From: Eledone cirrhosa | Lineage: Eukaryota | DNA length: 64,000 nucleotides | Assembly (NCBI GenBank): GCA_964016885.1 | Contig: OZ024747.1 | Coordinates: 14,756,001 to 14,820,000, forward strand | Reading direction: 5' to 3' | Made by a program: the position numbers and the translations under genes | Part shown: piece by piece, positions 30,094-45,274 of the stretch | Position numbering within the stretch: position 1 is the first letter of the stretch | Layout of the letters: each line of letters begins with the position of its first letter | Notes under the pieces: model-generated | The model's input: the letters and a program-made list of their open reading frames with translations, nothing else | Database searches by the model: none | Told to the model about the DNA's origin: nothing

Positions 30094-30389
30094 CATATAA
30101 ATATATATATATATATATATACATATATGTAAATAGAGAGATAAAAATATATTTTTTTTCCTTTATTTTTTTATATTTTGTTTCTGGGTTAGAAAATGTT
30201 TAAAACAAAATATTTAACTTTGTGTGATGTGTTAAGGTATATATATATATATATATATACGTCAATACTCATCTTTTTCCATTTATCTGAGGGTTCTAAA
30301 CCCCATTATTATTATTAGTGAAAAATACGGTGAAATCTATATATTTTCTAATTTAAAACCTGCTCACTGTTTCAAAACATACTTACTTG

Positions 30390-30467
<78 letters not shown>

Positions 30468-30874
30468 ATATAGGTATATATATGTGTGTGGGTGTGTCTT
30501 TCTGTCTGTGTGTGTGCTTGTGTGTGTGTTTGTGTGTGGTGGTGTGCCTCTATCTTCATTTTTTCTCCCATTTTTTCCCTTGTTAGATTACACCATGCAA
30601 ATATTGAAGAAATCAGATGTAATAAATAACCTTAGAAGCAAAAAGCTTTGATGGTGGTGTAGGGTTTCATCACATACGTACACTCCGAAATATACTGAGA
30701 TAGGCTTCATATAAAATATGTAAAGTAAAAAGGAAAGAAAGAAGACAGAATTGATAAAAAGACAGACAGGAAGACAGAAAGAAAGATAGATAGAAAGAAA
30801 GAGAATCCAAGAGTGGAACAAAATAAAAACATGAAACCTATATCGTTGTATAATTTTGTATATCTTTCTATCAC

Positions 30875-31110
30875 CTGTTAACTCCATTAAGTCTTGCAAA
30901 CTTTGAAGTCTTGTAGATTCATCATAAAAAGGGTTGGGCTTATTTCGATATAGTGAACAATAGTGAACATGTGTACCGTTAGTAACTTTAGATGTTTGAA
31001 GAGAATGCCTTGAAAAAGAGCTGTGGATGGAAGAATAATGAAGATTCTTGGAGATTTTCAATGGAAAATCGCCGAGTGAATAGAAGGAAAAGTAGACGAG
31101 GGAGAATAGG
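30875..31110 (-). other. Candidate coding exon
   Basis: Minus acceptor ttccttttctatttccag; open frame LFSLVYFSFYSLGDFPLKISKN...YCSLYRNKPNPFYDESTRLQSLQDLMELT; weak donor AG|GTGATA. No homolog recognised. Confidence 0.3.
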
Positions 31111-31374
31111 CTGGAAATAGAAAAGGAATTTTATCAACGTAAAAAGGAAATTACATGATAGGAAAGCTGTTTGAAGAGAATTCGAATTATTGTCATATAT
31201 GAGGGTGCCTAAGAGAAAAGTTAAAATTATATATGTGTGTGTGTTTGTGTGTTTGATACATTGTAAGAAGGAGGAAAATGAAGATAATATTGCACCTTTC
31301 AAATATATATATATACATATATATATACACATATATATGTGTGTAGATATATATACATATATATATTTGTATAT

Positions 31375-31454
<80 letters not shown>

Positions 31455-33019
31455 GGGGAGGGTCGATGTGTGTATGTCTATATATACGTACGCACACAAA
31501 CACACAATCACACTCACACACACATACATATATATATGATTAAAAAATATGTTTCTCTGTGATACAACTTTTTTATCACTCAGTTTATTCCTTTTTCTGA
31601 TTTCCATTATAGCAACAATAGGAAAACACAAAATATAAGAATGAAAATATCAACGAATACATATTTCAGATTTTTTGGTTCTTAGTATTTCATAACCCTT
31701 ATTTTTTCTGATGTGTAACATGATAAATGAAACATAGTAACCAATACTCCACGAAGTAGAGATGACATATCATGAGGTGACAATAAATTAACAGAAATTA
31801 TAAGGTATATTTATATTTCTGCCTGGTACATGCTTCTCTTAGATCTACCTGGAATGAATAAAAATATCAACGAATATCTGCACAAGCAGTACATAAATGT
31901 TGTAGCTTCTGTTGTTTTCTGGTGACGTTCATCTAATAACTATTGGTCAGCTCTGGTGGAGAAAACTTGTGTATCGAAGATGGTTCATTCTTGTATGAGA
32001 ATACATTATCAAACGCTTCCTCCAATATTGAAGATTATCTGATTCTTTTAACTCCTGGATTTTTACACTTAATCCGTCACCCCGTTTAAAGCTGACCATT
32101 TAGTGTTTTAGCACTGTCCACTATTCAAAACGAATTAGTCTCCAAACTGATGATAACCCATCGTTCAAGAATTGATCTTTAAATTTCTATCAAAACACGT
32201 GTATTAGTGAGATGGACAGTAGAATATGTACTCTGCATTCCTATTCGGAATATGAACAGTATTTGCCTGATTACATTCAAATTATTGTCTGGTAATGAAA
32301 AGGAAAGGAAGTTTTTGGTAGGCATCTTTTTTCTTGTTTTGCTTACATATATATATATATATGTAGATAGATTAGGTATCAACATATAAAAATCATGAAA
32401 ACAACTCAGTAAAAATATCTCATTACCATTGAATATAAGTTAAACATAACAAAGATAAGGAGAAACATATTAATAATAATTTAATATTCATTATGTAAGA
32501 TGGGTCATTATCATGAATTATTAGATATTATGAGGGCTAATATTTGTAATTAAGCTGTGGTTAGTAAATGCGTGTTAACCACACCTAGAAAAGATGATGG
32601 TACATTACTGTTTCCCAGATGTGAGCCACATCTGTGCAATTTTACCATTGAAAGTGATAGATCTGCCATGTCTCCCACTGAAGGCTGTTTTCTTGACTTC
32701 TGATCAGAGGCACAGTATTTACAAATGTACATATTGTGGATTGTATTATTTCCACTATAGGCGGCGTGAGTATTTCCGTCATAGGGAAGCAGACAGACCG
32801 CTTGAAATAATTTCACCGGAGTTTAACATAGAAGAATGTTTTCAAACTTAGATATATCATAAATTCTATTAATAATATATATACAACAAATATAGGTGAA
32901 AGGACAATGATCACAAATACAACAAAATAATCCAGTGTATTGCTGACATTTGGCCATACAATTCAAGCCAACGTAACCAAACTTCAATTAAAATCTTGAC
33001 TTCATTGTACATCTTTCAG

Positions 33020-33082
33020 ATTGATACAAAACTTAACAGCACTATACTTGAGTTCGATAAAATTGTGCTACTTTGTGACAAG
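33020..33082 (+). other. Candidate coding exon (63 nt, frame-preserving)
   Basis: Acceptor ttcattgtacatctttcag, donor AAG|GTAAGA; reads IDTKLNSTILEFDKIVLLCDK. Confidence 0.35.
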
Positions 33083-33664
33083 GTAAGAAATCATTAATAT
33101 ATTATTCTCACTAGTATCATTAGTCGGTAATTTAGTTATTGATCACTCTTATTGGTTGTATCATTGATCTCCACCAAAGCTTTTATACAGTCATTATATA
33201 GTATTTGTCTTTTGTTGTTCCTACCTTAAAAACAAATGACTGCATTTTCAGGGTTAAAACACGTTATTCTCTCCTTGTCACTCCTATGTATGATTAAAAA
33301 CGAACGATATTTCTCTGAAGAAGGTATTACAAAAATATTTCCTCTCAAATGCATTGTTAAGAGAATCTAAACGAAGGAGCATGAGACAGAATGAGAATAA
33401 ACAATGGCATGTATAAGTATTATTATAATTATCAATATATTCATTTTTCTTATTATAGTTATCATTAATGTTTTTTGTTATTTTATTTTCTTAACATGAA
33501 TATAATTGTGCAATTCATCTACACATTATATCTATCTATATATATGTGTGTGTATGTGTGTGTATGTGTGTGTGTGTGTGTGTATATAAATAAATAAATA
33601 TATATATATGCATAGATACGGACATAAATATATGCAGGCTTACATCCATCATGCATACATACGT

Positions 33665-33770
<106 letters not shown>

Positions 33771-33954
33771 GCATATATGTATTTGCGTGACTAAGCTTAG
33801 TATGCTACTCAGACTTGTTGCAGAGACAATTCTCTCTGAAATGAAAAGAAATACATTAATAGCTGAAACAAATGGACATACATAAATAATCTCATACATA
33901 CATCACACACATAGCAACACACGCGCACATATATGTGTGTGTGTGGGTGTATGT

Positions 33955-34382
33955 GTGCATATATATATATATATATGTATGTGTATGTATATATATAAAT
34001 ATATATTTATATATAAATATATATACATATATATAAATATATATATGTACATATATATATATATATACATATATACATATATATACATATATATATATAC
34101 ATATATATATATATACATATATATATATACATATATACATATATATATATACATATATATATACATATATATATACATATATACATACATATATATACAT
34201 ATATATATACATATATATATATACATATATATATACATATATATATACATATATACATACATATATATACATATATATATACATATATATATATACATAT
34301 ATATACATATATATATATACATATATATATATACACATATATATATACACATATATATATACACATATATATATACATATAT

Positions 34383-34449
<67 letters not shown>
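33955..34449. repeat. (TA)n/(TACA) compound microsatellite
   Basis: Directly visible. Confidence 0.95.
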
Positions 34450-34452
<3 letters not shown>

Positions 34453-34983
34453 CAGCTATACAATAGGTATACAACTACTATGCAAATACGAGTGTGATCT
34501 TGAAATCACAATTAAGCACAGTTTCGCTAAGCAAATACACTTAACGTTACTCACATTGGAATCAATCTAACAACGGCCGGCTTGCATGCTATTGGGTTAC
34601 TTTTAACCCGCTCGACTCTGCTTTACAAGTTTAACAATTAGACAGAGAATTATAACAAGCATTTCAGATGAAGTCTCTATAGTCATATTGAAGGTTTTTA
34701 CCTGATTGTTTTCAATGGAGACAAAGCAAAGTAATTTTGTCTCAACATGCCAAATCATTAAACACACACGCACACACACATACAGGGAACAAGCCACACT
34801 CACACAATCACACAAGCACAAAGAGACTCACACACACACACGTATATATATATATATATTATATATATATAATATATATATATGTATATACATATATATA
34901 TATATACGTATATGTATATATACATAAATAAAAATATAATAATGGTTGTTTTAATATATACATGTATGTATATATATATATAT

Positions 34984-35083
<100 letters not shown>

Positions 35084-35084
35084 A

Positions 35085-35530
35085 ATTAGCGAGAATCGTA
35101 TTTCGGCTATTGGAAATTAGCGAAAAACAACTTCCGAGATGTGTGGCAAGCACTCCATAGAAGCTAGTGAACTAGAGCTACAACATAAGTTAAAAGACCA
35201 AACACACTGAGACGATGGTTAAACCATTATCCGCACAGCCATAGAAACGACCAAGTAATTCGGGTCAAATAAATAAAATATGATTGAAAATTATACCCGG
35301 ACCCCTGGAAGGTTGGTAAAATCCAGCATTTGGGTTTCTGCAACTCCTAAAACAAGTACTGTCTGCTTAGACAAATAATTGTTTCTACTTTAGGCACAAG
35401 GCCAGCAATTACCCAGTGCCTTACTGGTACTTTATTTTATCGACCCCGTAAGGATGAAAGGCAAAGTCAACCACGGCGGGACTTAGACAAATAATGTTAA
35501 ACTTTTGGTAAGATGATCGAACAAGGAAGT
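35085..35530 (-). mobile_element. Unclassified (TA)n-flanked interspersed repeat with nested truncated Meta-like SINE (35373-35481)
   Basis: Reverse complement of 59425-59985; SINE bounded by the direct repeat cttagacaaataat. Confidence 0.85.
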
Positions 35531-35764
35531 CACTTTCTCAACAGGCTTTTATGAATATATATATATAATATATATGTATGGGAAAATGTATGACCCCGAC
35601 GGCAGTGCTCAAGCCGTTTCGACGGCTATTTCTGGACTATACATTTTCCTATTACCAACTCTACTACCCTAAGTATTGAGTACTCTGGTGAGTTATCGTC
35701 CATCTGGTTCCTTACCACAACTCTTTCGTTAATATATATAAATATATATATATATCAATATATA

Positions 35765-36310
35765 TAAATAGCTTTGTTATATTTAACCACTCTGTCGAGA
35801 GCTTCATTCGATTTGTGATATTTTGCATTTTCGCAATATTATACACATGAATTCATTCGCCTAATTTAGGTGTTGCCTCCCTTGCTGAACCCCACGTGGG
35901 GTCAGTTACAGACACATCTATGTGGTCTTTAGAACTGAATCCTGTTGATAACGCGCACTCCTAGTTCAGTCAGGATACGAGAAACTTAACATCCTTTATG
36001 TAAGTGGACAGTAAATGACTTATGGAGACGCAGAAACCCCAACACTGGACTTTACCATTATTCCAGGGGTCCGGTGAATATAAAACATTTATGCTTTCAT
36101 ATATTTTTATATCTGTATATCTGTTTGACACGAAATAGGAGATCGAATCTTCACTGTGGATAATTAGTTTAACCACCATCTCAGTGTGTTTGGCCTTTAA
36201 CGTAAGTTGTAAGCTCTAATTCTTTTGAATTATTGAGCGCTTGCCTCACAATTCGAAAGTGTTTTTTCGTTATTTCATAGGCTGAAATTCGATTCTCGCT
36301 AATTTTTACT
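35765..36310 (+). mobile_element. Diverged copy of the same unclassified repeat, without the SINE
   Basis: Colinear with 59245-59985 (ccccacgtggg, gcagaaaccc, ccaggggtc, tctcagtgtgtttggcc, gagcgcttgcc). Confidence 0.75.
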
Positions 36311-36318
36311 TAAATATC

Positions 36319-36365
<47 letters not shown>

Positions 36366-36420
36366 CGTGTGCGGGTGTGTGTGTATGTGTGTGTCTATGT
36401 ATATGTGTATATATATATAT

Positions 36421-36647
36421 ATAGGAAAAGGTATGACCCCGACGGCAGAGCTCAAGCCGTATCGACGGCTATTGTACGTAAATATATATTATTTTCCACT
36501 CAAGAATTGAAATCTAGAAATAGCCGTTGAAACGGCTTGAGCTCTGCCGTCGGGGTCATACGTTTTCCTATTTCCCACTCTACTACCCTAAGTATTGAGT
36601 ACTCTGGTGCGTTATGGTCCATCTGGTCCCTTACCACAATTCCTTTG

Positions 36648-36648
<1 letters not shown>
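36421..36648. mobile_element. Fold-back element plus tail, gccgtcgaaacggc family
   Basis: Arms 36421-36472 and 36519-36571; tail ctactaccctaagtattgagtactctgg shared with 35660-35730. Confidence 0.8.
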
Positions 36649-36691
<43 letters not shown>

Positions 36692-36792
36692 TAGCTAGTA
36701 ACATGTGCTTACGCTATATTTGACTAAATAGAATTCGTCTGTTAGTTGGTATTTAAAAAAAATCCCTGTGAATGGAAAAAAAAGGATGAATA

Positions 36793-36866
36793 TTGACAAA
36801 CATGGGACACGAACCCACATCTTTGGTTTACCGGACAAATATCTTACCAGTTTTTCTATGTTATTG
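36793..36866 (-). pseudogene. Degenerate tRNA-like sequence
   Basis: Minus: aacatagaaaaactggtaagatatttgtccggtaaaccaaagatgtgggttcgtgtcccatgttt; T arm tggg-ttcgtgt-ccca recognisable, D and anticodon arms decayed. Confidence 0.4.
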
Positions 36867-37812
36867 ATATTAACTCTCAACGAAAAACCAGATGGTAATT
36901 TCTTATCCAGAGCAAATGCAGCCTATAACTGCTCTTGACTAATTACTGGTTTGTGGCAAGTGAATCCGTTTCTTAATAAATGTTTCCCCCTTGTGCATAT
37001 TGGAAAATGAATTCTTTGTAAAATACAAAAAAAGAAATGGTATCACTAACTGTCACATTAACTCTAGTCATATGGGCTGTAGTAAAAACGAAACGTACTA
37101 AAATGAAATTATCATGTGATCCATATGATAGGTGCGAAGTGTCCGAACACGGAAGAGCCGAACTCCCACCGTCATCACCCCCATCTCTCGCGCCCATATT
37201 AATGTTCCACTTCCCGAAACAGAATATCATGATAAACATTCTTGGCAGATACAATATGAATTAACAATAATTTGTCTACTTCCTTGATAACTCGATGTAT
37301 TATGTAATAACTTTAAAAGTGAACCGGTTTTTAAAACCAAAGTGTTGAGGGATTCACAATAGAATATATAAACTTGTGTAGCGTTCCCTATCTGCCTGAT
37401 CGTTGCGAACAATTTGCAATAGTGTTAGTTCCTATTTTTCTCAATAAAATGGAAAAGGTGATTTGACTACGCCGGGATTTGAACCCAGAGTAATAAGCTA
37501 ATAATAATAATAATTAAATTATTGTGTACAGTGCTCAGGTACACTACAATTCATCAAAGGTACGTGTATAGGAAAATGAACAGTGTCCGAGTCATGAAAT
37601 ACATGTGTGCGTGTGTATGAAGGCGGGAACATCAGGTGTAGTGTTGGCGAATCTCATGTAGGTTTTAAAGGATGAAGTGTTTCGACATTCTACATAATAT
37701 GTCCAGTAATATCCTGATCTACCTTTTAATTAACTTTTCCTGTTTAATAGATTTCAAACATAGTTACAAAGCTTCAGTATGTTGGAGAATAGTATAGGAA
37801 ATAATATTAGCT

Positions 37813-38960
37813 TCAATACAAGTCTGGTATATTGTTAACTCCAATACAAGTCTGGTATATTGTTAACTCCAATACAAGTCTGGTATATTGTTAACTCCAA
37901 TACAAGTCTGGTATATTGTTAACTCCAATACAAGTCTGGTATATTGTTAACTCCAATACAAGTCTGGTATATTGTTAACTCCACTACAAGTCTGGTATAT
38001 TGTTAACTCCAATACAAGTCTGGTATATTGTTAACTCCAATATAAGCCTGGTATATTGTTAACTCCAATACAAGTCTGGTATATTGTTAACTCCAATACA
38101 AGCCTGGTATATTGTTAACTCCAATACAAGTCTGGTATATTGTTAACTCCAATACAAGTCTGGTATATTGTTAACTCCAATACAAGTCTGGTATATTGTT
38201 AACTCCAATACAAGTCTGGTATATTGTTAACTCCACTACAAGTCTGGTATATTGTTAACTCCAATACAAGTCTGGTATATTGTTAACTCCAATATAAGCC
38301 TGGTATATTGTTAACTCCAATACAAGTCTGGTATATTGTTAACTCCAATACAAGCCTGGTATATTGTTAACTCCAATACAAGTCTGGTATATTGTTAACT
38401 CCAATACAAGTCTGGTATATTGTTAACTCCAATACAAGTCTGGTATATTGTTAACTCCACTACAAGTCTGGTATATTGTTAACTCCAATACAAGTCTGGT
38501 ATATTGTTAACTCCAATATAAGCCTGGTATATTGTTAACTCCAATACAAGTCTGGTATATTGTTAACTCCAATACAAGCCTGGTATATTGTTAACTCCAA
38601 TACAAGTCTGGTATATTGTTAACTCCAATACAAGTCTGGTATATTGTTAACTCCAATACAAGTCTGGTATATTGTTAACTCCAATACAAGTCTGGTATAT
38701 TGTTAACTCCAATACAAGTCTGGTATATTGTTAACTCCAATACAAGTCTGGTATATTGTTAACTCCAATACAAGTCTGGTATATTGTTCACTCCAATACA
38801 AGCCTGGTATATTGTTAACTCCAATACAAGTCTGGTATATTGTTAACTCCAATACAAGCCTGGTATATTGTTAACTCCAATACAAGTCTGGTATATTGTT
38901 AACTCCAATACAAGCCTGGTATATTGTTAACTCCAATACAAGTCTGGTATATTGTTAACT
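37813..38960. repeat. 28-bp minisatellite, 41 copies (ccaatacaagtctggtatattgttaact)
   Basis: Exact 28-bp periodicity, no spacers, few point variants. Confidence 0.97.
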
Positions 38961-38984
38961 CAATTTAATCTCCAAACAAAATGT

Positions 38985-39185
38985 TTTGCACCTTTTAATT
39001 ATGGCTCTTTACATTCTGGGTTCAGATGACATTGAGGTCAAACTTAACATTCATCCTACCGGGGTCGATAAAATATAGTATCAATCAAGTACGGATGCTG
39101 ATATATTCAAGTTACTCTGCCCCCCCCCCCCCCCCCCCCCCCCCCTCGCAGAATTGCTAAGTTGTGTCAAATTTATAGATTGTAT
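38985..39185 (+). mobile_element. Highly diverged Meta-like SINE with expanded poly-C tract
   Basis: ttcatcctaccggggtcgataaaata; poly-C at 39120-39144 where the long-tail subfamily has a short C run. Confidence 0.6.
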
Positions 39186-39464
39186 TAGACCCAGTACAGC
39201 ACTTCATTTGTACTTATTTTAATGAACCGGATGTGCCGAATTCAGAACATAGTGTGAAGAAAATGTTCACATGTTCCGTTACCACTGCAGCCTCTCCCTT
39301 TAATTAATAAATATATGCTTATACATTCATTATACATGGCAATTAAAAAACATCGCTTCCGTACTGAAATATTGAATTATACATACTTTTATCAACATAG
39401 AAACACACACACACACACACACGCAGACATACACACACAGTTATATATGCAAACATACACACAC

Positions 39465-39515
<51 letters not shown>

Positions 39516-39957
39516 CAATGATATTAAATAAATGGAAACTATATTTATAAAACCATATTTATGTTATTATATATATTTCAAGGGTACCAAGACAACATTG
39601 GTACGCTTTCATCAGATAAAATACAAAGTTTGTTTTATAAGTAGAGACATACCCATGAAAATCATACCTTATCGGTTGGAAATTCACTGGATAGTGAAAA
39701 TATATTAGGGATTTTTCAAACTTATGTGTGAATGTCTCTATTTATAAAACAAACTTTGTATTTCGTCTGATGAAAGCGTACCAATGTTGTCTTGGTACCC
39801 TTGAAATATATATATAATAGAATAAATATGGTTTTATAAATATAGTTTCCATTTATTTAATATCATTGAATATTTACTCCAGTAAGCTGTTGATTGCTCT
39901 AAATCAGTTATAAGCATTTATGTTTGTCGGACTTCCAACAAATTAAATACCCCTCTA

Positions 39958-39960
<3 letters not shown>
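39516..39960. mobile_element. Fold-back element (about 135-bp arms) plus tail with hammerhead; partial homolog at 51915-51985
   Basis: Arms 39516-39650 and 39732-39868; tail begins aatatttactcc. Confidence 0.8.
39760..39822 (+). ncRNA. Type I hammerhead ribozyme candidate
   Basis: CTGATGA-aag c gtaccaa tgttgtc ttggtac c ctt-GAAA-tatatata-TA-atag; stem II strong, stem I partly decayed in this arm. Confidence 0.65.
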
Positions 39961-40001
<41 letters not shown>

Positions 40002-41372
40002 TGTGTGCGCGCGCGTGTGTATGTGTGTGTGTATGTGTGTGTATGGAGGGGGGGCTTGTTTGCCTAAATAGGGGTTGGAGGAATAAAGCTTGATCCATAA
40101 ATACAGTGACATACCTTTCATCATTGCATTTATTAACCAAATGAATATATATATATATATATAATATATATACATATGTGTGTGTGTCTGTGTATGTGTA
40201 TGTATGTGTGTAGGCCTGAGTGAGTGTGTGTGTGTATGTTTATGCTCCTGTATGATTCTATGTGTACCTTCCTGTGAGTGGCATCAAGTTGTCTTGAGCA
40301 AATTAATATTTGCACAATTATAAGATTTTCTATAGCAGCTTTGTTTCATTCTTTTCCTTATTGCTGCACCTCCAGCGACAATTTACATTATCATGTGAAC
40401 TAAATATGTCTCTGTGTAGGTTGAAACATGGCTACAGTAGAATTGTTTGCTCTCATGTAAAAAGCTCGGGACATTTTCCCTCTTTATTAATAATAGTTTC
40501 ACTTCGGAGTTTTATTGTGATTGTTATCTCAGATTCTTTTCATTGACCTAACGTACGTTTCTTAATTGAGTCTAGTGAATTAACACATGATTGTTTATAC
40601 ACTATATACTGTTTCAGAATCCTTAATGATTGCGAAACAATAAGCAATAAAACATTCTGGATACTGGGGATGTTATGTGGGTGCTGCAGGGGTTATATGA
40701 GACAACTACAATAACAATAACAAGAACCAATAGAATAACAATAACAAGAACATATACAACAACTAAGTAACCAACTTCGTCCTGCTTGTTGTTTCGTTTG
40801 ATTTTGGTTGTTGTTGGAGTGTTTGAATTTAGTTTTTGCACGCCTTATTCATTGGAAGCCGTTAAAAGTTCTTAGTTTACCGAAGGTGACTATGGAAATA
40901 AATGCAGTAATTACGTCAAATTACTGAAAACAGGAGTCGACACAAATAAAGGATATAAAGTAATTATTTCTCTGATAATAAAGCCTCATTGGGAAGGTTT
41001 CATTAGGAATAGAACGAGTAAATATGTATGGGAAAGTGTGGTGGGAATAATCAGAGGAGGGGCGATAAGTTATTTGTTCTTAAATAATAATGATATATAA
41101 TGATTTATAATGAAAACAAAAAAATCTCAGAATTGTACTATAAAGTATTTGTTGAATATGGGTGCATTAACATACACACACACACACTTACACACATACC
41201 CCCTCCCCTCTCTCTATATATATACATACGTTCGGATCTAGCCGTCGAAACGGCCGGAGCTCAGCCGTCGGGGCTCCAATTCCTTCATAATATATATATA
41301 TATATACTTAGGTTAATATATATATATATATATATATACTTAGGTTAATATATATATATATATATACTTAGG

Positions 41373-41446
<74 letters not shown>

Positions 41447-41633
41447 TATATATATACATACATATATACATATATACATGTATATACATATATATATATA
41501 TATATATATGTATATACATATATATATATATGTATATATATATATGTATGTATATATATATATATGTATGTGTATATATATATATATATGTATGTGTATA
41601 TATATATATATGTATGTGTATATATATATATAT

Positions 41634-41675
<42 letters not shown>

Positions 41676-41692
41676 ATATATATATATATGTA

Positions 41693-41735
<43 letters not shown>

Positions 41736-41746
41736 ATATGTATATA

Positions 41747-41837
<91 letters not shown>

Positions 41838-41841
<4 letters not shown>

Positions 41842-42045
41842 ACTAGAAATTGATTAACATAAATAAACATGAATAATCCCAGGAGATATTCTCCTGGGAT
41901 TATTCATGTTTATTTATATGTTAATCAATTTCTAGTTATTATAAAATGCTCGGACCTATTCGTTAGAATCTTAGAGGTTATTTTGCGGGTGATATGGTGC
42001 ATGTCTTTCTGGCATGACACCCATAATTTTGATTATCTTAATTTT
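41838..42045. mobile_element. Near-perfect about 105-bp palindrome plus tail between (TA)n tracts
   Basis: aataactagaaattgattaacat...cccaggaga vs tctcctggg...atgttaatcaatttctagttatt. Confidence 0.7.
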
Positions 42046-43183
42046 GTATATATATATATATATATACAAATTTTAGTACAGCATCAACGAAGCTTTTGGC
42101 TGCGGCCAAGCTAACGAATGCAGATTCGGAATGCAGCTTAGAACTCGATGGAGAATATTACCCCAGAGTTATAACAATCCGTTTAGACAACTTTGCAAAT
42201 CAAATATACCGACCGACAGTCTGGCCGCATTGCCATAGCAACGAAAAAAAACTGAACTCAGGAAAAGATTTTGATATATATATATATGCAACATGTGCGT
42301 GAAGAATGGGACATGTTAATTTCGCCCTCCAGTCTAATCATTTGAAAATGACCTATGGGAAGATCTTGTGGTTTCTTGATTGCTTGAGCTTTGAAAGCCC
42401 GCATATCTACAATAGAGATGATGCAGAAAACTGTCAGTATAGATTGGTGAAGTTGTGTACATGTACCTTCATTTATACTAACATGATTATTCACCTCTAC
42501 ATATATCAGATAATTTAGAAGTAGTGGCTTTTAAGAAACGGCTATATATAGTAAATGGAACTGTTTATCAGATTATCTGTCTAGATCTTTCTTATGTAAG
42601 AAGTATAACTGCTGGCGCAAGCTATACAATGCAAAGTTGAAGAATCAAATAATGCAATTTTGGTATAATCCGTGATTTGTCAATGAATGCGAAAGTGGTA
42701 AGCTATAAAGGCTATTATTAGCTTTGATGATAGAGAAACCTCAACGAAATGAGACAGTAAAGTCAAGAATGCTCTCTTCTTGAAGGCATCTCTTCATATT
42801 GACATTCATTTTGTGTGCATCGTGTGATATGCTTACATTGTTTTATAGAACTACTATGTGAGGCGATGCACCCAACGGTTTTAACAATCAGAATCATTAT
42901 GGGACTCACTGAGAATGATAGTGTATATGTGATAATGAATAATAGGGTTGGTGGGGAGAAGCGGTGTATTAATACCTATTATTTTAAACTACATATTCGG
43001 GGTGAATTTAAAGTCAACTGAGACTGTGTATATGGGTGTTGAGGAAGTTATCCTTAAACTTGAGGTCAGATCTCAACGCCAGTAACAGTGTCTACTCAAC
43101 CAAAGACGCTACAAAATTCAGTGCTGTTTCAAACTGAATGAAAAATTAAATTTGTCGTGCAAACGCTCGGCAGTTGAACATGG

Positions 43184-43345
43184 ATTCTTCTTCTCCTTCT
43201 TCTTCTTCTTCTTCTTCTTCTTCTTCGCCCACTTATTCCTGAGAGGGGCAGAGTCTTCAAACACTCCTCCTTCTGGGTCTTGTCAGAAGCAACCGTCTCC
43301 AACTGATCCGGCTGGATCCCCAAGCGTGTCCAACCAAGCTCAAGG
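43184..43345 (-). mobile_element. 3' end of Rex3/Expander-like RTE with (GAA)n tail
   Basis: Minus: WTRLGIQPDQLETVASDKTQKEECLKTLP, resembling the Rex3-type C-terminus, followed by (GAA)n. Confidence 0.65.
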
Positions 43346-44084
43346 ATGTTTCAATTTATCTAACTCGAAAGAATAAATGTGAAGTTTGAAGAATAAATGT
43401 GACGTTTAACGATCACCCAGTACTCTAATAACTCGCTGGTCATTTCGGTGCGACAATCTGCGTAAAATTGAGATAAGGAAAGAGATTTAAGATAGCACAC
43501 AACCCAACGTGAACAGGAAGGATTTATCAATTTTAAAGAGACAGTCACCTAAATCGATGTTATCGCTCCGAATATTCGACAACCATATCGAATTATATAA
43601 ACGAAAAGAATCTAAATTATACGTGCTGTGCTTCAGTCGTTATATATGTATAATTGATATATGCTGGATAATGTTTAACACGGATTAGCTATGGAAATCA
43701 ATTATCATACTACATCCAATCTTTCGATTGTTGAAAATTGATCAACAGGTTAAATAATTTCAAGTGTATTCAGTGCTTTTATTCATACACGTTGGGATCA
43801 TAATGTATTCCTGTTTAGAATGCCTGTGATGGAGTGTGAAGGTTTACATAGCAGAGACCTATAAATATAGGGGACTTACTCATTTCAGAATTAATGTAGA
43901 CACTATGCACTAAATTATATTTCTCCTTGTCCAAATTAATTTCCAAAGGAGATTGACGTTAATTGTATTGTGTTAACAGTGTTTCTATTATTCAGCTAAA
44001 ATTACATATGATTACAGACACTTGTGGTTGAAGCTTCTCATTCGAATATTCTTGAAATATTTACAGATTGATCACTTATACATA

Positions 44085-44335
<251 letters not shown>

Positions 44336-44489
44336 GCTACGGGAGTAAACTGCCGATTAAATGGTAGCATTGGCCTTGTATTTTAACGTTGCGAAATAAC
44401 GCCAAGACACTTTTCCTGCTATTTCAATCGTTAAACTAATATATTTCTTGAATGCATTGTGTCATTTGCTTTGTTACTTCACTTTACCT

Positions 44490-44583
<94 letters not shown>

Positions 44584-44767
44584 TGTATGTATATAGCAAA
44601 ATCATTATTTAACAAGTTACTCATTACATTAGAGAAAGTGGAGTGTAGTTATTATTCAGTATATGTGAGCCCGATATTAAACTGCAACCGTTCCGATATA
44701 TGGATGGATATAATGTACAAGTATCAGGAAAAATGTAAACTATATGTCGACACACACGCACACGCAC

Positions 44768-44801
<34 letters not shown>

Positions 44802-44810
44802 GTATATATA

Positions 44811-44888
<78 letters not shown>

Positions 44889-44960
44889 TATATATAAATA
44901 TATATATATATATACTATATATATACTATATATACATATATGTATATATATACTCTCTTT

Positions 44961-45014
<54 letters not shown>

Positions 45015-45016
<2 letters not shown>

Positions 45017-45195
45017 CACATAAGAAACGGTGAATCAGTGTTTGACGAATAAAATGTATTAAACATATTACAATCGTTTTTCTGGCGACCAGCTCGAGGC
45101 ACGATCAATGTAATGATCGAACCTGACTCTGAAATCGCAAGGTCTTCAGATACGTCTCGATTCTACGATGCAGAGTTTCCAAATCATCCCACACC

Positions 45196-45200
<5 letters not shown>
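45015..45200. mobile_element. Partial copy of the 56523-56921 family with canonical CTGAAGA core (minus, 45149-45143)
   Basis: Shares gcgaccagctcgaggcacgatc...aacctgac.ctgaaatcgc..ggtc.tc.gatacgtctcgattc and the tail end accaatta. Confidence 0.75.

Positions 45201-45274
<74 letters not shown>

Noticed and set aside
32550-32851. Overlapping ORFs with CxxC (CKYC, CTYC)
   Set aside because: No complete zinc-finger spacing and no supporting splice signals.
33020-33082. Similarity of IVLLCDK to the Rel/NF-kB IPT motif GGDEIFLLCDK
   Set aside because: Only five residues match, the GG is absent, and no other Rel exons were found.
37813-38960. CRISPR-like 28-bp repeat array
   Set aside because: No spacers, no cas genes, eukaryotic context; it is a tandem minisatellite.
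42096-42800. Short non-repetitive ORFs
   Set aside because: No recognisable motif, frequent stops and no convincing splice sites.
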